Source of the DNA: Epiperipatus broadwayi
Taxonomy: Eukaryota > Animalia > Onychophora
Direction of reading: 5' to 3'
NCBI GenBank assembly: GCA_028023455.1
Contig: JAQFVV010000007.1
Span: forward strand, 1,364,001-1,428,000
Length of the DNA stretch: 64,000 nucleotides
Shown: in pieces, positions 1 to 13,433 of the stretch
How positions within the stretch are numbered: the first letter of the stretch is position 1
How the letters are laid out: each line of letters opens with the position of its first letter
Made by a program: the position numbers and the translations under genes
The notes under the pieces: generated by a model
Seen by the model: only the letters and a program-made list of their open reading frames with translations
Told to the model about the DNA's origin: nothing
Database searches by the model: none

Positions 1-170
1 GAAATTTTTTTTTTAACTATTATTTCATTAATCCCACTCCTGACAGCATGTTATGTTCTTGGTCGTAATATCTAAATTAATAAATACACACAGTTTAGAT
101 AACTATTAATTTTTATTAACTACTCGCATTCTCTAACATAAGAGTGATGTCACTCGCTCACTAATCTCAG

Positions 171-701
171 TTGTCGCCACTACGCTGTCAGTCTGTAATT
201 ACAAGTATTAACCATAACATAACACAGAAACATTTAGAAATAGCAAAACAAAAAGAATTGAGGTTTGAAAATAATCTAAAACAGATGGAATTGAAGAGGC
301 AAAAACAGATGGATAATTTTTGCAAACCATTTAAACCAGAGCAAAAACTAGATGATTCAAAACAAATAGATGAGCAAGTACAAATTGAACAAGAAACAAT
401 GGGATCAAATCATGGACAATTGCTTTTAAAGTCAGAGACTGAACCAAAAATATGTGATGAACCTTTAAATGAATCTGACCCAAAACTATTAGATGAAAAT
501 GTACAAAATAAACACAAACATGTTCAAATAAAAGAACAAATAGAAGAAGGTGCACATGTTGAACTAACACAAGTAGATGATAATGAACTAAAACTACTGA
601 AAGAAATTGAAAGCAAACAGGAACGGTTAAAACTAAATGTCCAAATACATGAAATTAAGTCTGAAGGCTCACAACAAGTTAGATGGATGAAGGAAATGTG
701 A
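171..701 (+). CDS. Q/E/K-rich, coiled-coil-like ORF of unknown origin, possibly a decayed retroelement gag N-terminus
   Basis: 176-codon open frame (TTG start; first ATG at 285) in otherwise stop-rich DNA. It is preceded by AATAAA and an LTR-end-like 'ctaaca' near 138. No recognisable domain. Confidence 0.3.
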   Translation: MSPLRCQSVITSINHNITQKHLEIAKQKELRFENNLKQMELKRQKQMDNFCKPFKPEQKLDDSKQIDEQVQIEQETMGSNHGQLLLKSETEPKICDEPLNESDPKLLDENVQNKHKHVQIKEQIEEGAHVELTQVDDNELKLLKEIESKQERLKLNVQIHEIKSEGSQQVRWMKEM

Positions 702-2094
702 TGTACTATATCATGTGCCAGCCATCTTACAGCTAGATAAACAAATACAAATAAAAATAGAACAATTTTTACTTTATCCCCAAAATGAAATGGAATCACT
801 GTTAATATAAAAATTAAATAAAGATTTAACTCTCATGGTGATTAATCTATTGGATAAAAAAATCCAACAGCATCAACCAAACATTAAATCCATATGTTAT
901 ATGAATCTATAGTATTTATACAGTTATGCATAACAAGAATTTTACTGATTATGCATAACAAGAATTTTACTGATTGTCAACTTACTTACAAATGGAAAGA
1001 AATAAAACATAATTTTCTCCCACACCAATTACCTCTTCTCCACAGTTGCCATGAAAGAAAAGGCCCCCAGATAGACTTTATTATCAAACTATGCCAGAAC
1101 AATCTTATTTTATTGACCAATGGCAGAATAAACAGCTTATAAAATGCCCAATGGACATCCAAAAAGAACTTTTAATAAGTACAATCATTTTTTTTTTTTT
1201 GTTATTGTTGTTTTTAAATTCCATAATTCATTTCAATAAAAAAAAAAATAAGAATTTTTTTTTTCTTCTAAGCAAAATAATATAGAATTTTTTTTAAAAA
1301 AGAACTAAAATGAGGTTCAAGAAAGAAACTAAGTTTTGGATATAAAAAATCAGTTTTTCTTTTCTTGATCAGATTGAAATACTACTACATTCAAATCCCA
1401 GAGTTTGACTATGCCTTGTGAATAAAAAGAAAGAATACTACTAATAGCTAGCTAGATCTAATCTGAAATACTTTTGAATCATATTTCAAATAACTCTGGC
1501 TGAAATAAAAAATTAGCACTTATTTAAAAGATAGCTAGATATTATAAGGCTATACTAACACTCTAAATGGACTTTTAAAATTTGTCAGAAAGAAATAAAT
1601 GACAATTATTTTGCTTTGGGTGAGTTTTATATTTAAAGAATGATTTGTACTTTATTTTAAATAATTTGGATTTGTAAATAAGTCTTATTATCCAGGTATT
1701 ATTTTAAAGCAAACTGTCAATTAAAAAAAAAAAAGAAATAAATTTGTAATAACTTCTCTTTACTTGTTAAAATTATTTTTTAAAGAAAAAATAATTATTA
1801 TATATCACATATGTATGCTAAGTTTTTGAATTTTATATGTTATTAATAAGAGGAAAAGATAAAAAAAATAATGATAATCATGTAAACACAATGTACACAT
1901 AAATATGTAAGTCACAAATAATCATAGTTAAAAATGTAATTATTTCCATTAGTCTCATTCATTTGTAGTTAAACTTATATTTGATTACTGAAAATTGGAT
2001 TTTATGTAGATGGATTTCTATATGTGCAGTTGTTTGTTCAATGTTTAATAGTTTGCATATATTCGCATCCATATGGGAGAATACATTTCTATCA

Positions 2095-2300
2095 GTTTAA
2101 TGAGTTAGGGATCGATCTCAAAATGAGTCATCCTTGTATAAATTGTAGTTGTATTAAATTAGATTTAGGATCCAAAAGGCCACTCCTTATAATTATTGTA
2201 TAGGTTCATTCAGTTAGGGTTAGGACCAAAACATCAACCTTTTATAGTTATTATTATATAAGTGCTTACATTTAGGATTAAGATCTAAAATAACCATTCC
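2095..2300. repeat. Degenerate ~60-65 bp tandem repeat
   Basis: Three to four recurrences of a 'ttaggr(tc/cc)aaaa...cttxta..tt.ttgt'-like unit. Confidence 0.45.
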
Positions 2301-4019
2301 TGATGATTATTGTGATAAAGATAGCATTGATGTGCATCCCATAAGAAGCATATGTATGTGTAAGTGCTAGGAGATATGCAAGTAAAAGAAATGTTTATAT
2401 TTATGGATTCATACATGCGTAGAATTATATTTAGGTTTATTGAAGACAGGGTTCTAGGTACAGCAAATGTGTCACCTTATTTATGAATATATTCTTTATT
2501 ATAATGTATAAAAGATTTTGTTAAAAAAATAAATTGCATACCCATTAATGGTTATGCTTAGTAAATACATTATTTACATAATTTATTAACTTTGTTCAAG
2601 AAAATATTTTGTACAACAATTCATAAGTAAACTTGTAAATAAATTATTATGACACAATTTGTTATTTTGTTTATGTAAGATTGCATAGTCTACCGTCATT
2701 CGTTGGGAGTAACTTATTTCTCCATGATATAGCCCGACATTACAAATAGGATTGTGTAATTTGTGTAAATAAATAAATAGAGAAAATTTAAATTTACATA
2801 AATGACTTATGCCAAATCTGACCATTACAATCTATATATATATAATAAAAAATTTTTACAAAAAATGTTTGAGGTAAGGTGAAAATATTATATTCGTATG
2901 AAATACTACAGCACAATAAAGGAAGTGATAGATTTAATGAAAGATCAATATGATTAAGAATTATAGTTGGACAAAAATTAGAAGAGATTAATATTTTAAT
3001 AGAATACAATGTTATTTTGTGAATTATTAATGCCAAATTTTAAAAAACATAATGTTGTTTGTAATACAATTTTATATGGAAAAAAGACTTAAACAATTAG
3101 AAAAAGGAAGTTGAAAAAAAATGGAAGTTTTTGCTATGTATTTGAAAGAATAGAAGAGCTAAATTGGAAAACAAAGTTTAGTAATATCGAAAAAAATAAA
3201 TGAAAGTAATTTATTAAAAAAAAATTATGAAATAGAAAAAAAATTGGATATATATATATAGGAAAAGAGGAATTACAAAATATATTTTCAATGGACTATA
3301 AAAAAAAAAAAATAGAAGAAATTAAATATTATGAATGTTTGCAATTAAAGCAAAAAATAAAAAGACTTAGAGATTATCAAACAGATATGTAAAATCTGTT
3401 CTTTAATAAACAAGAAAAGTAATACATAAGATATTGGGGACAAAACAGTATGACTGAATAGTTATATATATATTATAATCTTTGGTTTTGACCAAAGAGG
3501 CTGAGTTCGGGGCAGATGCTGTTTTTAATAAATAAGAATAAAAATTTTCTCATAGAAGAAATCTAATTAAGTAAAAAAATGTTATAAATAATAGTAATTT
3601 TAAATAATCAGAGAAATTTTAAGTGTGAAGGTAATTTTGAAGTCTAACACACAGTAAATTTAGATATGCTTTAATTATTAAAGGTTAAATATTGAGATCG
3701 ATGAGCAATATTTGTTTAATAAAAAAATTAAAAAAAATTGAAAAAATCGATGTAAGTATAGATCATAAAATTTAGCTTGTTCATAATAGTACACACTTTA
3801 ATAGTCAATTTACAGGGAAATGGCTATAAAATTTTAAACATTATATAATAGATAGTGCTAATTGGAATTTTTATGATTAACCAGCAAGGAATAGTGTGTG
3901 AGCAAGTGTGCATGTGGTATGCGTAAAATTTTGGTTACTGGGATAATTATAGGAGTTTTTTGTCTCATGAAGGAAATGATTTGATAGCAAATTGAAAGAA
4001 CAATAATTTTATATCAGTT

Positions 4020-7000
4020 TCAGATAAATATTTAGTAACATTCAATCATAAATTTTAAATTAAAACTTCATTTATTATTTCCAATTATAACATTTTCTTT
4101 CAAGTTGCTACAGATTTTTTTTTTTTTTTTTACAATTTAAACCCAGAAAATTTTTAAGCAAACCACATGATTATTAATAGTGTGGATAATTAATATTAAA
4201 ATTGTGTTTAATAGCCAATCAAAATTTAATACCAAGGATGAATAATCAAGAGGATGAGTCTGAAATTGATAGACAACCAGAGATTATAAAAGAAACACAC
4301 ATATTTTGGGAGGGTTCCTTTCTTTGTTCTTATTGGTCTTAATTTTGCAGGTCTTAATTTTTGTTAATAATTCTTGCATTAGAACAATTATGATGTATAA
4401 AAGATGGGAGCGATAGTGTTCAAGAAAGTACTAAAAAAACAACTTTGAATTGAAATAAAAATAGTAGTTATAATTTTATACTTTGCAAATCTAGTCCAAA
4501 CTATGGGCTAAGTTATCTATGTATTTTACTAACTTTATGCTCTTAGTTCAAAATGCTTGAGTCTGGCTCATTTATATATAAATTTAAGTAGAGAAGAAGG
4601 TGGAACCATCTTTTTCTCATAAAATCTCTGCTTTGTGTTTTGAATTGAGAGTTCCCTGTGCAGTCATTATTACATCTGATTGGCTGTCATATAAGCATTT
4701 TTAAGGAGCATCTGCCAAAGGTTTCAGCCTTTCACGTTATTATTATATCATTTGCTTGCACTTAATAAATTAATATATTTATATTTGTTACAATCATTTC
4801 ATTAGATTTGAAAATTACTTCATAGTAAATTGAAAGATTTCATGTTGTTTATTTATATATAATATTTGGTGAATTAAATGTGTAGGTGTTTAAAAAGCTT
4901 CATGCTCTTAGTTCAAAATGCTTGAGTCTGGCTTATTTACATATAAATTTAAGTAGAGAAGAAGATAGAACCATCTTTTTCTCATAAAACCTCTGCCTTG
5001 TGTTTTGAATTGAGAGTTCCCTATGCAGTTATTACTACATCTGATTGGCTGTCATATAAGCATTTTTAAGGCGCATTTGTCAAAGGTTTCAGCATTTCAC
5101 ATTATTAACTTCTCTTATAAAAGAAAGACTGATTCTGTACATGAAAGAAAGTTTTAAAAATGCTCAACTATTATTGTCTAATTATGAATGAAAAGTCAAA
5201 CAAATAAAAATTGAATAAAACCAAAATTTCGTGTAAAAATAATAAATGTTAAACCAAGTACATATCCTGTGGAAATAGTGAATTTGGAATGCTAATAGAA
5301 AATATGGATTAATTATGTGTTTAAGCTTGTGACTAACTTTAAAGTTTTATTTGAATTTCTTACTTTGAATATCAAGTGTGTCTTAAGAAAACATATATGA
5401 CTTTATTGAATCCAAAAGAAAAATACAGCTGTTGTGTCAGAATGTAAATTGTGCAGAAGGATACCATAATATTGGGAAACAATTATAGAATGCTAAGAAT
5501 AATCTGATTTCTAAAAATTATGACCATTTTTTAAAACATTACATTTGGATAATATGAGTGCGCTAATAATAAGTGTGGATGAACTTTAACAGTTGGATCG
5601 AGGATGATGATCATAAGTGATGAATGGTGCTAAGATTATTGAGTATATTAGTTAAACATAGTGCGAAATATACCCGGTGTTGAATTTAGGCTATGATAGG
5701 GAAAATATGCCTTTATATTATTATTATCAATTGATATTCCTTAACAGTGGTGCTATTGTGGAATGAATGAGGTATCTATGTAAAAGTGTGGAATATTTGT
5801 CTAAGAAGTTCACAGATATAATTTTATGCTTATAGTTAAGATTGATATTTTAATGCTTTATTTTGCTCATGTATTTTAAAGTTTAATATTGAATGTCCTA
5901 GAGGTTAAGAGATTTAAAATCATTATATGTTAAAGAAAATGAATGATGCATATTTCTTATTTTGCAATATTAATACTTAGATAATTTTTCTTTATTACTT
6001 AGTCGTATTAGACTATTATTAAATTATCGGTTCACACATCAATAATATAGTTTTTTTATGAGAGTTCAAATCCTGTTCTCTCAGGATTATGTGAGATTGT
6101 AAATGACCCTTGTTTGATCAAGGTATGCTAAGTTCTCGCTGCCTTGAAGGTTGAGATGGAGCATAACTTTCTCACAATTATGGGTGTTAAGAATTTTAAG
6201 ATGTTCAGAGATCAAGGGTGTATCCCCAACTCCATTATTAATTCACTCTGTAAGAGGTATTTTCGTAATTGTGGTAGTAGTGATTTGTGCACGCCCATCT
6301 TCATATGTGCAGTGACTAGGCCCTAACATATCTCTAGCCCTCAGGTAGAAAGTGCACTCTGGGTTCATGCCAACACTAATATGTAATTTTGTGAATTTCT
6401 TTTCCTTATGGATTTATATTTTATTGCCATATTTTTATATGAAAATTTGTTTAATTTTGTAATGGGTCATTGTGTAGTCTTTTGATGTGTGTTATATGCT
6501 TTAGGGTACTTTAGATTTAAAAGTATGACTTAGGAATTGATGTATAATGTTTAGCTGAGCTTTGCTTACAATCGTTTCTAAGACCAATAATCATTCAAAA
6601 TGTAAATTTAATATAAAAAGCTTAGATAAACAATGTGCATCATATCAAGCCTATAGCCAAAGCAAGTCACCACTGGACTGGTAAAACAAATGAGTAATAT
6701 TCATGTTGGGGACAGAGGGGCATTAAATGTATGTATGCGTGTAAATGTGATCTCTAAAATAGCCAATCATTTGAGAATTAGGATTTGAAGAATTTAATAT
6801 GCGGATAAGCAATGATTTACACAAGAAGTTATAGGTGTCAAATGTACATCTAGGCATAATATTAATTTTACCAAGTCAGTAGCAATAAGGGATATGTTTA
6901 TCTTATTTAATAAAGTTAACAGATTAACTTCTAGTTATTACAATAAATGTTATCGAAGCTTGACTCCCAAGGAAGTGTTGTCGAACCAGCAAAATTAACT

Positions 7001-7330
7001 GGTCGAAATATTTTTTTTTATTAGTGTTATTTTTTTGTTCAAGTTACCTAAATACAGGTACATTTGTAATAAGAGAGGCATGTTTGTAGAAATGCTAAGC
7101 ACAAAGAAGGGATCATTTACCGTAGCGGTTGTAAATCCCCATGTAAATATTTTGTTTTTATTGTCATTTGGATAGCTATGAAGATTTGTATTATTATATT
7201 GTTGTAGTTTATCATTTACTCTGTTAATAAACACTATGAGTTAATTAAAAATTTTGGTGTTATGTCTTAATGTTTTTGGTACCCATAAAATCCAAAAATC
7301 TCATCATATGCAATTTTAATGAAATATTTA
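4020..7330 (+). mobile_element. Long LTR-like repeat family D, copy 1 (boundaries approximate)
   Basis: Colinear by-eye homology with the reverse complement of ~41530-44449, including CCAAT (4215-4219), TATAAAAG (4285-4292) and several downstream blocks. Confidence 0.7.
4537..5106 (+). repeat. Two ~205-bp direct repeats, period 365 bp
   Basis: 'atgctcttagttcaaaatgcttgagtctggc...aaaggtttcagc' starts at 4537 and at 4902, with scattered substitutions. Confidence 0.9.
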
Positions 7331-7445
7331 ATGCTTATTTCAGTACAGGCAAAATTCTCCATACAGTATTGTCACTCAGTGCAAGCCAGAGTAATCAATG
7401 GATGCCAGAAGGCTTGTGCATAAAATCTCCATCTAGTGCCTACTC

Positions 7446-7504
7446 ATCCAATATCCCCAGACTAGTTTCTGGCTTGTGGCCTTCGTCAGTGAGAAGCCTT
7501 GGAT
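7446..7504 (-). ncRNA. Candidate minimal type I hammerhead ribozyme, intact core
   Basis: Minus strand reads ATCCAA-ggc-TTCTCA-CTGACGA-A-GGC-cacaa-GCC-A-GAAA-CTAG-TC/TGGGGA-ta-TTGGAT. This gives the CUGANGA and GAAA cores, stem II, a palindromic stem III, a GUC cleavage triplet and a bipartite stem I. Confidence 0.7.
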
Positions 7505-7888
7505 CTGAGAGCATTGCACCTAGATTTTAGGATCTAATGCAACCCTTCAACAGACACCTTTTATTTCTACTTAACTACAAAACTATGAGTCTTCAATTGA
7601 AAATACAATATTTTCAATCCAAGCTCATTAGCTTATATAGTCATATAGGTCTGAACTCAGTAGAGTACCTATATATTTTGGTTCTTTAATAAACATAGCC
7701 ACCATTATCCCATTAGGCAGGTTTGTTTTTAAGCCAATAAACATCACATGATCACCATTTCTTATACATGCTTATAAGTGTTATTAAAACAGGCAAAACT
7801 CTCCATACAGTAGTGCCACTCAGTGCAAACCAGAGTAATCAATGGATGCCAGAAGGCTGTGCATAAAATCCCCATCGAGTATCTACTC

Positions 7889-7946
7889 ATCCAATATTCC
7901 AGACTAGTTTCTGGCTTGTGACCTTCGTCAGTGAGGAGCTTTAGAT
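7889..7946 (-). ncRNA. Candidate minimal type I hammerhead ribozyme, intact core (second copy)
   Basis: Minus strand reads atctaa-agc-tcctca-CTGACGA-A-GGT-cacaa-GCC-A-GAAA-CTAG-TC-tggaatattggat. Confidence 0.62.
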
Positions 7947-8499
7947 CTGAGAGCACTGCACCCAGATCTTAGGATCTAATGCAACCCTCCAGCAGTCACC
8001 TTTTATCTCTACTTATCTACAAAACTATGAGTCTTAAATTGAAAATACTATAATATTTTCAATCCAAGCTCATTATGTTTATTGGCTTAAAACCAATCCT
8101 GCCTAATAGAATAGTGGTGGCTATGATTAATTTAAGAACCAAAGACCCCAAAATGTATAGGTACTGAACTGAGTTCAGATCTTGACTATATAAGCTAATG
8201 AGCTTGGATTGAAAATATTATTGTGTTTTCAATTTAAGACTCATAGTTTTGTAGTTAAGTAAAGATAAAAGATGACTGCTGGAGAGTTGCATTGGATCCT
8301 AAAATCCAGGTGCAGTGCTCTCAGATCCAAAGCTCCTCACTGACAAAAGCCACAGCCAGAAATTAATCTGGAAATATTGGATGAGTAGGCACTAGATGGA
8401 GACTTTATGCACAAGCCTTCTGGCATCCATTGATTACTCTGGTTTGCACTGAGTGGCAATACTGTATGGAGAGTTTTGCCTGTTTTAAAGAAACATTCT

Positions 8500-9620
8500 T
8501 AACTTGTGTTACAAATTATTATGGTTATGTGGCAAACATCCGGAAGAAGATCTAATTTTAAAATTAATCATCATTTTCATAGATTTGTGTTATGACTAAT
8601 TTCTCGAGTGGATATAAAATCCCTTTTCCCACTCCTGGTATTTGAATGCGTTCTCAGTCGATAATAAGTTAGTTGAATTTTAAAATAGTTAAACATTTTA
8701 TTCTAATTAATTGTTTGGTAATTCATAAGGTTTAATATTATAATTATTATTGGTTGATGAAAAATTGATATAGGCTTAGAGAGATCAAGCATATGTCTAT
8801 TGGAATTACAATCGCTGGGATAACATTCATTGATCAACAATAAATTTTAAATCGCTAAAAAAAACCTTAACCCAAGTTATAAGATTTTCAACTATAAGAT
8901 TAGAGCTTATGAATTTAGTATTGCAGAATTAAGGGGACAAACAAGATTAATTGAAGTAATATTAATTATTTATTTTGCAAATCTTGGATCATGAAATATA
9001 ACATTATGAAGATGGTAAAGTTTGGTGGTAGGTAGAGGGGAGACTAGAGAAAACTTAACATCAGAAATAACTTAATTGTATCTTTGATGTTGGGAATTTA
9101 TATGAGGGGATACTGAGGTTGTTAATGTGTTGAGGGTGTGAGTCAAGGTTTGTCTTCCTCCTTTAGTTTAGTAGTAATAATCTGTAATATTTATTAGTGG
9201 AATAATTTTCAGTGTTCTCCGCATGAATTGCCAAATCATTTATACCACCCTAGGCATCAGAGAGGGGATCGGTATTTTTGTTTACTAGACATGAAAATTG
9301 GTACAGCTGTGGTTGGTTCGTGTGACTTAGTTATAAGGATATGATAAGCAAGTTAGCCCATGACCTTTTGTGAGTTATAATTTGGCTGTCTTAATTTTAA
9401 GAAGCTACTTAATTCAAGAAAAGAATTAACTCTTAATATTTATAAGTCAAATTATTTAGAATTTCATAAGTTGCTTTCCTTGCAAACTTGTAAATCTGTG
9501 ACGATATCAAATTGCTGCAGCAGCTGTTCCTTTAAAGTTACAGTTTGGCACCCTGGCATATCATATCATATGTTCTATCTCTCAACTCCATGTCGTTTGA
9601 AGGTTACAAACACGGTTATA
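8500..9620 (+). mobile_element. LTR-like repeat family E fragment ending in GTTACA (9537-9542), followed by a PBS-like TGGCACCCTGG (9546)
   Basis: By-eye homology of ~8800-9200 to the reverse complement of ~24290-24700, with similar terminal organisation at 23856-23950. Confidence 0.5.
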
Positions 9621-9638
9621 ATATATATATATATATAT

Positions 9639-11671
9639 TGTAACAGTATACATATGCCATTATATCATTTTAGAATAAAAATATAAAAAAGATCCATAAA
9701 TAAAATTGATATATATATATAAAAATAATTTTAAATTCAAATAATAGATATAAATGCACAGAGGGTAGTCTGATTAAATTATTTAAAGTTAAAAGAATGT
9801 GATAAGGAAAGTTAAAAATCCAAAATCAAAAGAATTTAATTTTAAGGTAAAAGAACAATAAAAATGCTGTCAATGTATTTTAAAGTTATTTCTAAACTAG
9901 CAGGATGGAAATGATTTTTCTAATAAAATGTAAAGCAAGCAAGTCCTTGAGGCATTCAAAGGAATGTAAGTCAGATAAGACATAAAAAATAAAGATTATG
10001 GTGTTTCCAGCTTTGGAGAAAACTGCCAATGAAAATACCAACAAACACACAGTCCAGAAAGGAAAACCATCATGGCCAATAAGATTGGCGCAACATTAGA
10101 AGACATCAATCCAAAAATATGGCAATAAGGCATGCATAATACTATAAAAAGAAAGGCAGAAAATATTTAAAAAATTATTATTGATTGATTATTGATTGAG
10201 TGGTGGTGACTGGTTAAAAATATTTCACAGCTGTATTGCAGACTCCATGACATAGGGGTCTCACAATAGATTTTGTTTCCCTCATTTGTATCGACTGAGG
10301 CAACCTCCCAAATGACAGTTCCTGAATAAATGGCCAGCAGCGGTTTCATCTCCAAGGAGAACAATATACAAAATGTGATAGCTAGGATGGACTTCCATAA
10401 ACTTGCTGCAATCCAAAGGATTCATCAAGATATACTATGGAAAGTATAAAACCTTTGCATGCAATATAAACTTTTAAATAATTAACTTAAACGATCTTTC
10501 AATTAGTAAACCTGAGTGTAATTTCTAAATAAGTTCTTACCTGACAAACAAAATAACTCTTAAACCATTTATTAATATTGTTTTTTATGTCTAATGTGTT
10601 TGCTATAAGTCATTTCCATCTTTGTTAACTAAATTACTAATTTTAAAGTGGAGTGCAGTGGCTACATACATTCGTTAAGTTTAGGTTAGATTGTGTGGGG
10701 TTAATTTTGGGCTATTTGTTTCGTAGTTGAATCGATGCTAGTGGAGGGATGTAGGGCATTTTATAGCAATGTAATATGAAAAGGCACATTAGATTTTCAT
10801 TCTCTTGTGCTGCATTAACATGCAGGCTATAGTACCCAAATAAATGCATGGCATAAAAAGGGAAGCCATCGCGTTGTTATCGGTGATAGAGGTATTTCCT
10901 ACAACACTTAATTTCTTATACTCTATGGATAGGGACTATAAGTCGGCATGGACCGCTCTCCCTCCATATGGAGCATTTCATTCTCTCAATATTTTTATAT
11001 ATGATTCCTTCACCAAACAGACGCACATTCCTGTACTGGATGAGGATCACTTCTTTAATAATATCATGCTACAAATGCACACTCCTGTCAGCCTGTTTTT
11101 ATGCTAACATCATGTTGCATTGATTATGTCTGTATATCAGGAAGCTAGCATTGATTTAGCTGCAAACTTTTAGCCTAAGGTTAAATTATTTGAGCCTATA
11201 AATGCATATTCTATGTAGTCTATCTACACTTAACACATTATGAAAATATTAAATTATATAAAATTTCATCCATCTGTGCATACTAAGATAAACATCAGGA
11301 TTTAAATCTATCTAATGTTAAATAAAGAATCTAATCCTCAAATCTGTTTTAATATATGTTATGTGTGTAATAAATGTTTGTCTTATTTAGTACTGGCAGT
11401 GACTTATTATTTTATGTTTATTCATAATATTTTGAAATAGATAATAAAAAAAAAAATGAAATGTTATGTTATAAAACTCAGCTTCTCCATGGGCTAGTGA
11501 CTAGTACTATAGGTCAAATAAAGGTTGAATCTTACCCATATGTATCTGCCTACTTTATAAATTTTCTAGGTTCTAACAGCCTAGTGGCACCCTGGTATGG
11601 CAGATAGGAAAAGAGTCTCCACCCGACCATTATTGCCGAGATGGACTTGTAGCAGCCATAGCCTAGTGACA
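9639..11671 (+). mobile_element. Long solo-LTR family C, diverged copy 1
   Basis: Starts TGTAAC after a (TA)n run and ends GTGACA. Colinear homology with 14806-16729 and 61994-63925. Target duplication not matched. Confidence 0.7.
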
Positions 11672-12740
11672 AGTTATTTTAAAGCTTAATTTCCCAACAA
11701 TAAGAAAAGATAAAATGACAAGCATCATTCTATATTGAAGCTGTGCATATATATATACAAATATATATATGCTGGCTTCACCATTCATGTGGACTAGCTA
11801 AGACCCTAAGTCCAACCACAGTGAATGTATGTTATTTTCTTAAAATAAATAATCATCTGCACAAATAATTACATAAATTAAAGAAGAAAAGCATTTTAAA
11901 AAAAGAAATCAATGAAATAAAATATACAAAATTTAAATTTTTATTTGTAACTATTTTTTAAAAATATGGCAGAAATAGATAAGATAAATTTTTGTACTTA
12001 AACAGAATCCATTAAAGAATGCAATTAATTTATGAAATATTTTAGTTGAAAGAAAACTAGATAACAGGGAAAAATTTGAAACAATAGGCTACTAATAAGT
12101 AGTTTAATTAAAAATAAAATTGAAAAGGGTATAAATAAAGAATTTTTCTTTTGTTCTGGGTCTTATGCTTACTGTAGTTTTGCTGAAGAATTGGCTTTTA
12201 TTCAGAATTTTTCGGAAAGAAGTTTGCTGAAATTTATAAGATAATTTGCTGGAAAATCTTGCTATACTGTCTTCAAGCCATAGTCTTTTTCTTTCTGTTC
12301 AGCATATATATCCATAAATCACAAAATGAGCTACTCTGCAAAAAGAAATGAGTGAGTAATATGCTTTGCCTTCACTCTCCTGCCCGTTCCTGAGACCGGA
12401 GTCATAGACATGTGAGCCAGCCTGAGAACTACAGTGCCCTGCATTCATGACAAATGCCATACCCTGTTCAATAAAAATTCTTTCAATGGAAATGTGAAGT
12501 AACATCAAGACTCAAAAAGGAACTGTCATGCAACATCAACGGTTTCCATTCTTACACCAGCCTTCTAGTTACCAAGTAACTATTCCATGATTTGAAATAT
12601 GTTTTATCTTTCCACAATGTAAATTTAAATATCTACTCTGTTATTCCATTTATCTACATGTATATTTTTGAATTTATATGTTTGCGTCTTGTAGAATTAT
12701 ATTTCATCAATTGTTTCTTTTTTTTTTCTTTCTAAAATAT

Positions 12741-13433
12741 TGTAATGGGTAGTGGTTTCTCTCGCATCATGGCGGCAATAATTCTTATTAATTTAGTTGA
12801 AATGAGTCACTTAACTTACTGCCATTATGCATCTGTAATTAAGAATTTATTTTATGTATATATTTTATTTTAGAAGGAGAGAAAGCAAGCAGAAAGTGCA
12901 AATCCCATTCTTAGAATTAATATTTAATTGCGAAAGATTCTTTTGTATAACTATAAAAGATCCTATTATAAAATTTCAAAGATTTTTAATTTAGCCTTTT
13001 TGGTTGTTTTTTATTTGATATATATAAAAAGGAAAAATCTCGACCAATGCCTTTATTTTTTAGCCAATGAAGAGTTACGAATTTAAAATTCTATTTTAAA
13101 GAGCGTGAAATAAAACAAACATTCGCACTTATTCTTTTGTAATAAGAGAGTGTACATTTGACAAAATATATATATTAAAGTTTTATAAATACCGTTTGGT
13201 CTGTGGGTAGATAGATTAAACTTCAACTAAATCAGTAAAATATCTGCCCGTTTGTGTTAGTGATCTAAATTTTATAAAGGGGAAAGTCACTATTACTTTT
13301 CTGCGGATTTTTCAGTGGTGGTTGAGCTTTCGTAATGTTTTATATATACGTTTTTGCAAAAGGGTTTCTTTTTTAAATTTAAAGATTGTTTGACTGTATT
13401 TATGTTGTATTGTGCACTAGGTGATCCGTGACA
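12741..13433 (+). mobile_element. Probable ~690-bp solo LTR
   Basis: TGTAAT...GTGACA ends, two CCAAT boxes and a TATAAATA. The flanks (atat/tctc) do not form a target duplication. Confidence 0.4.

Larger units (their letters stand above)
7345..8488. mobile_element. Family M complex: tandem and inverted copies of a ~444-bp hammerhead-bearing non-coding unit (Penelope-type pseudo-LTR/retrozyme-like)
   Basis: Unit start 'acaggcaaaa(t/c)tctccatacag' at 7345 and 7789 (period 444). 7784-8075 is inverted relative to ~8195-8488. A hammerhead core is present in each arm. Confidence 0.85.

Noticed and set aside
2100-2230. Interstitial telomeric repeats (TTAGG/TTAGGG)
   Set aside because: Only isolated occurrences inside a longer degenerate tandem unit.
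7784-8488. Family M as a Tc1/mariner or piggyBac foldback MITE
   Set aside because: The ends are asymmetric (tail on one side), three copies have 12-14-bp target duplications rather than TA or TTAA, and a head-to-tail tandem copy exists.
12299-12508. Minus-strand ORF and an overlapping GYGICHEC frame as a Zn-finger gene
   Set aside because: A single CxxC in a stop-interrupted frame, with no second copy or splice signals to support it.
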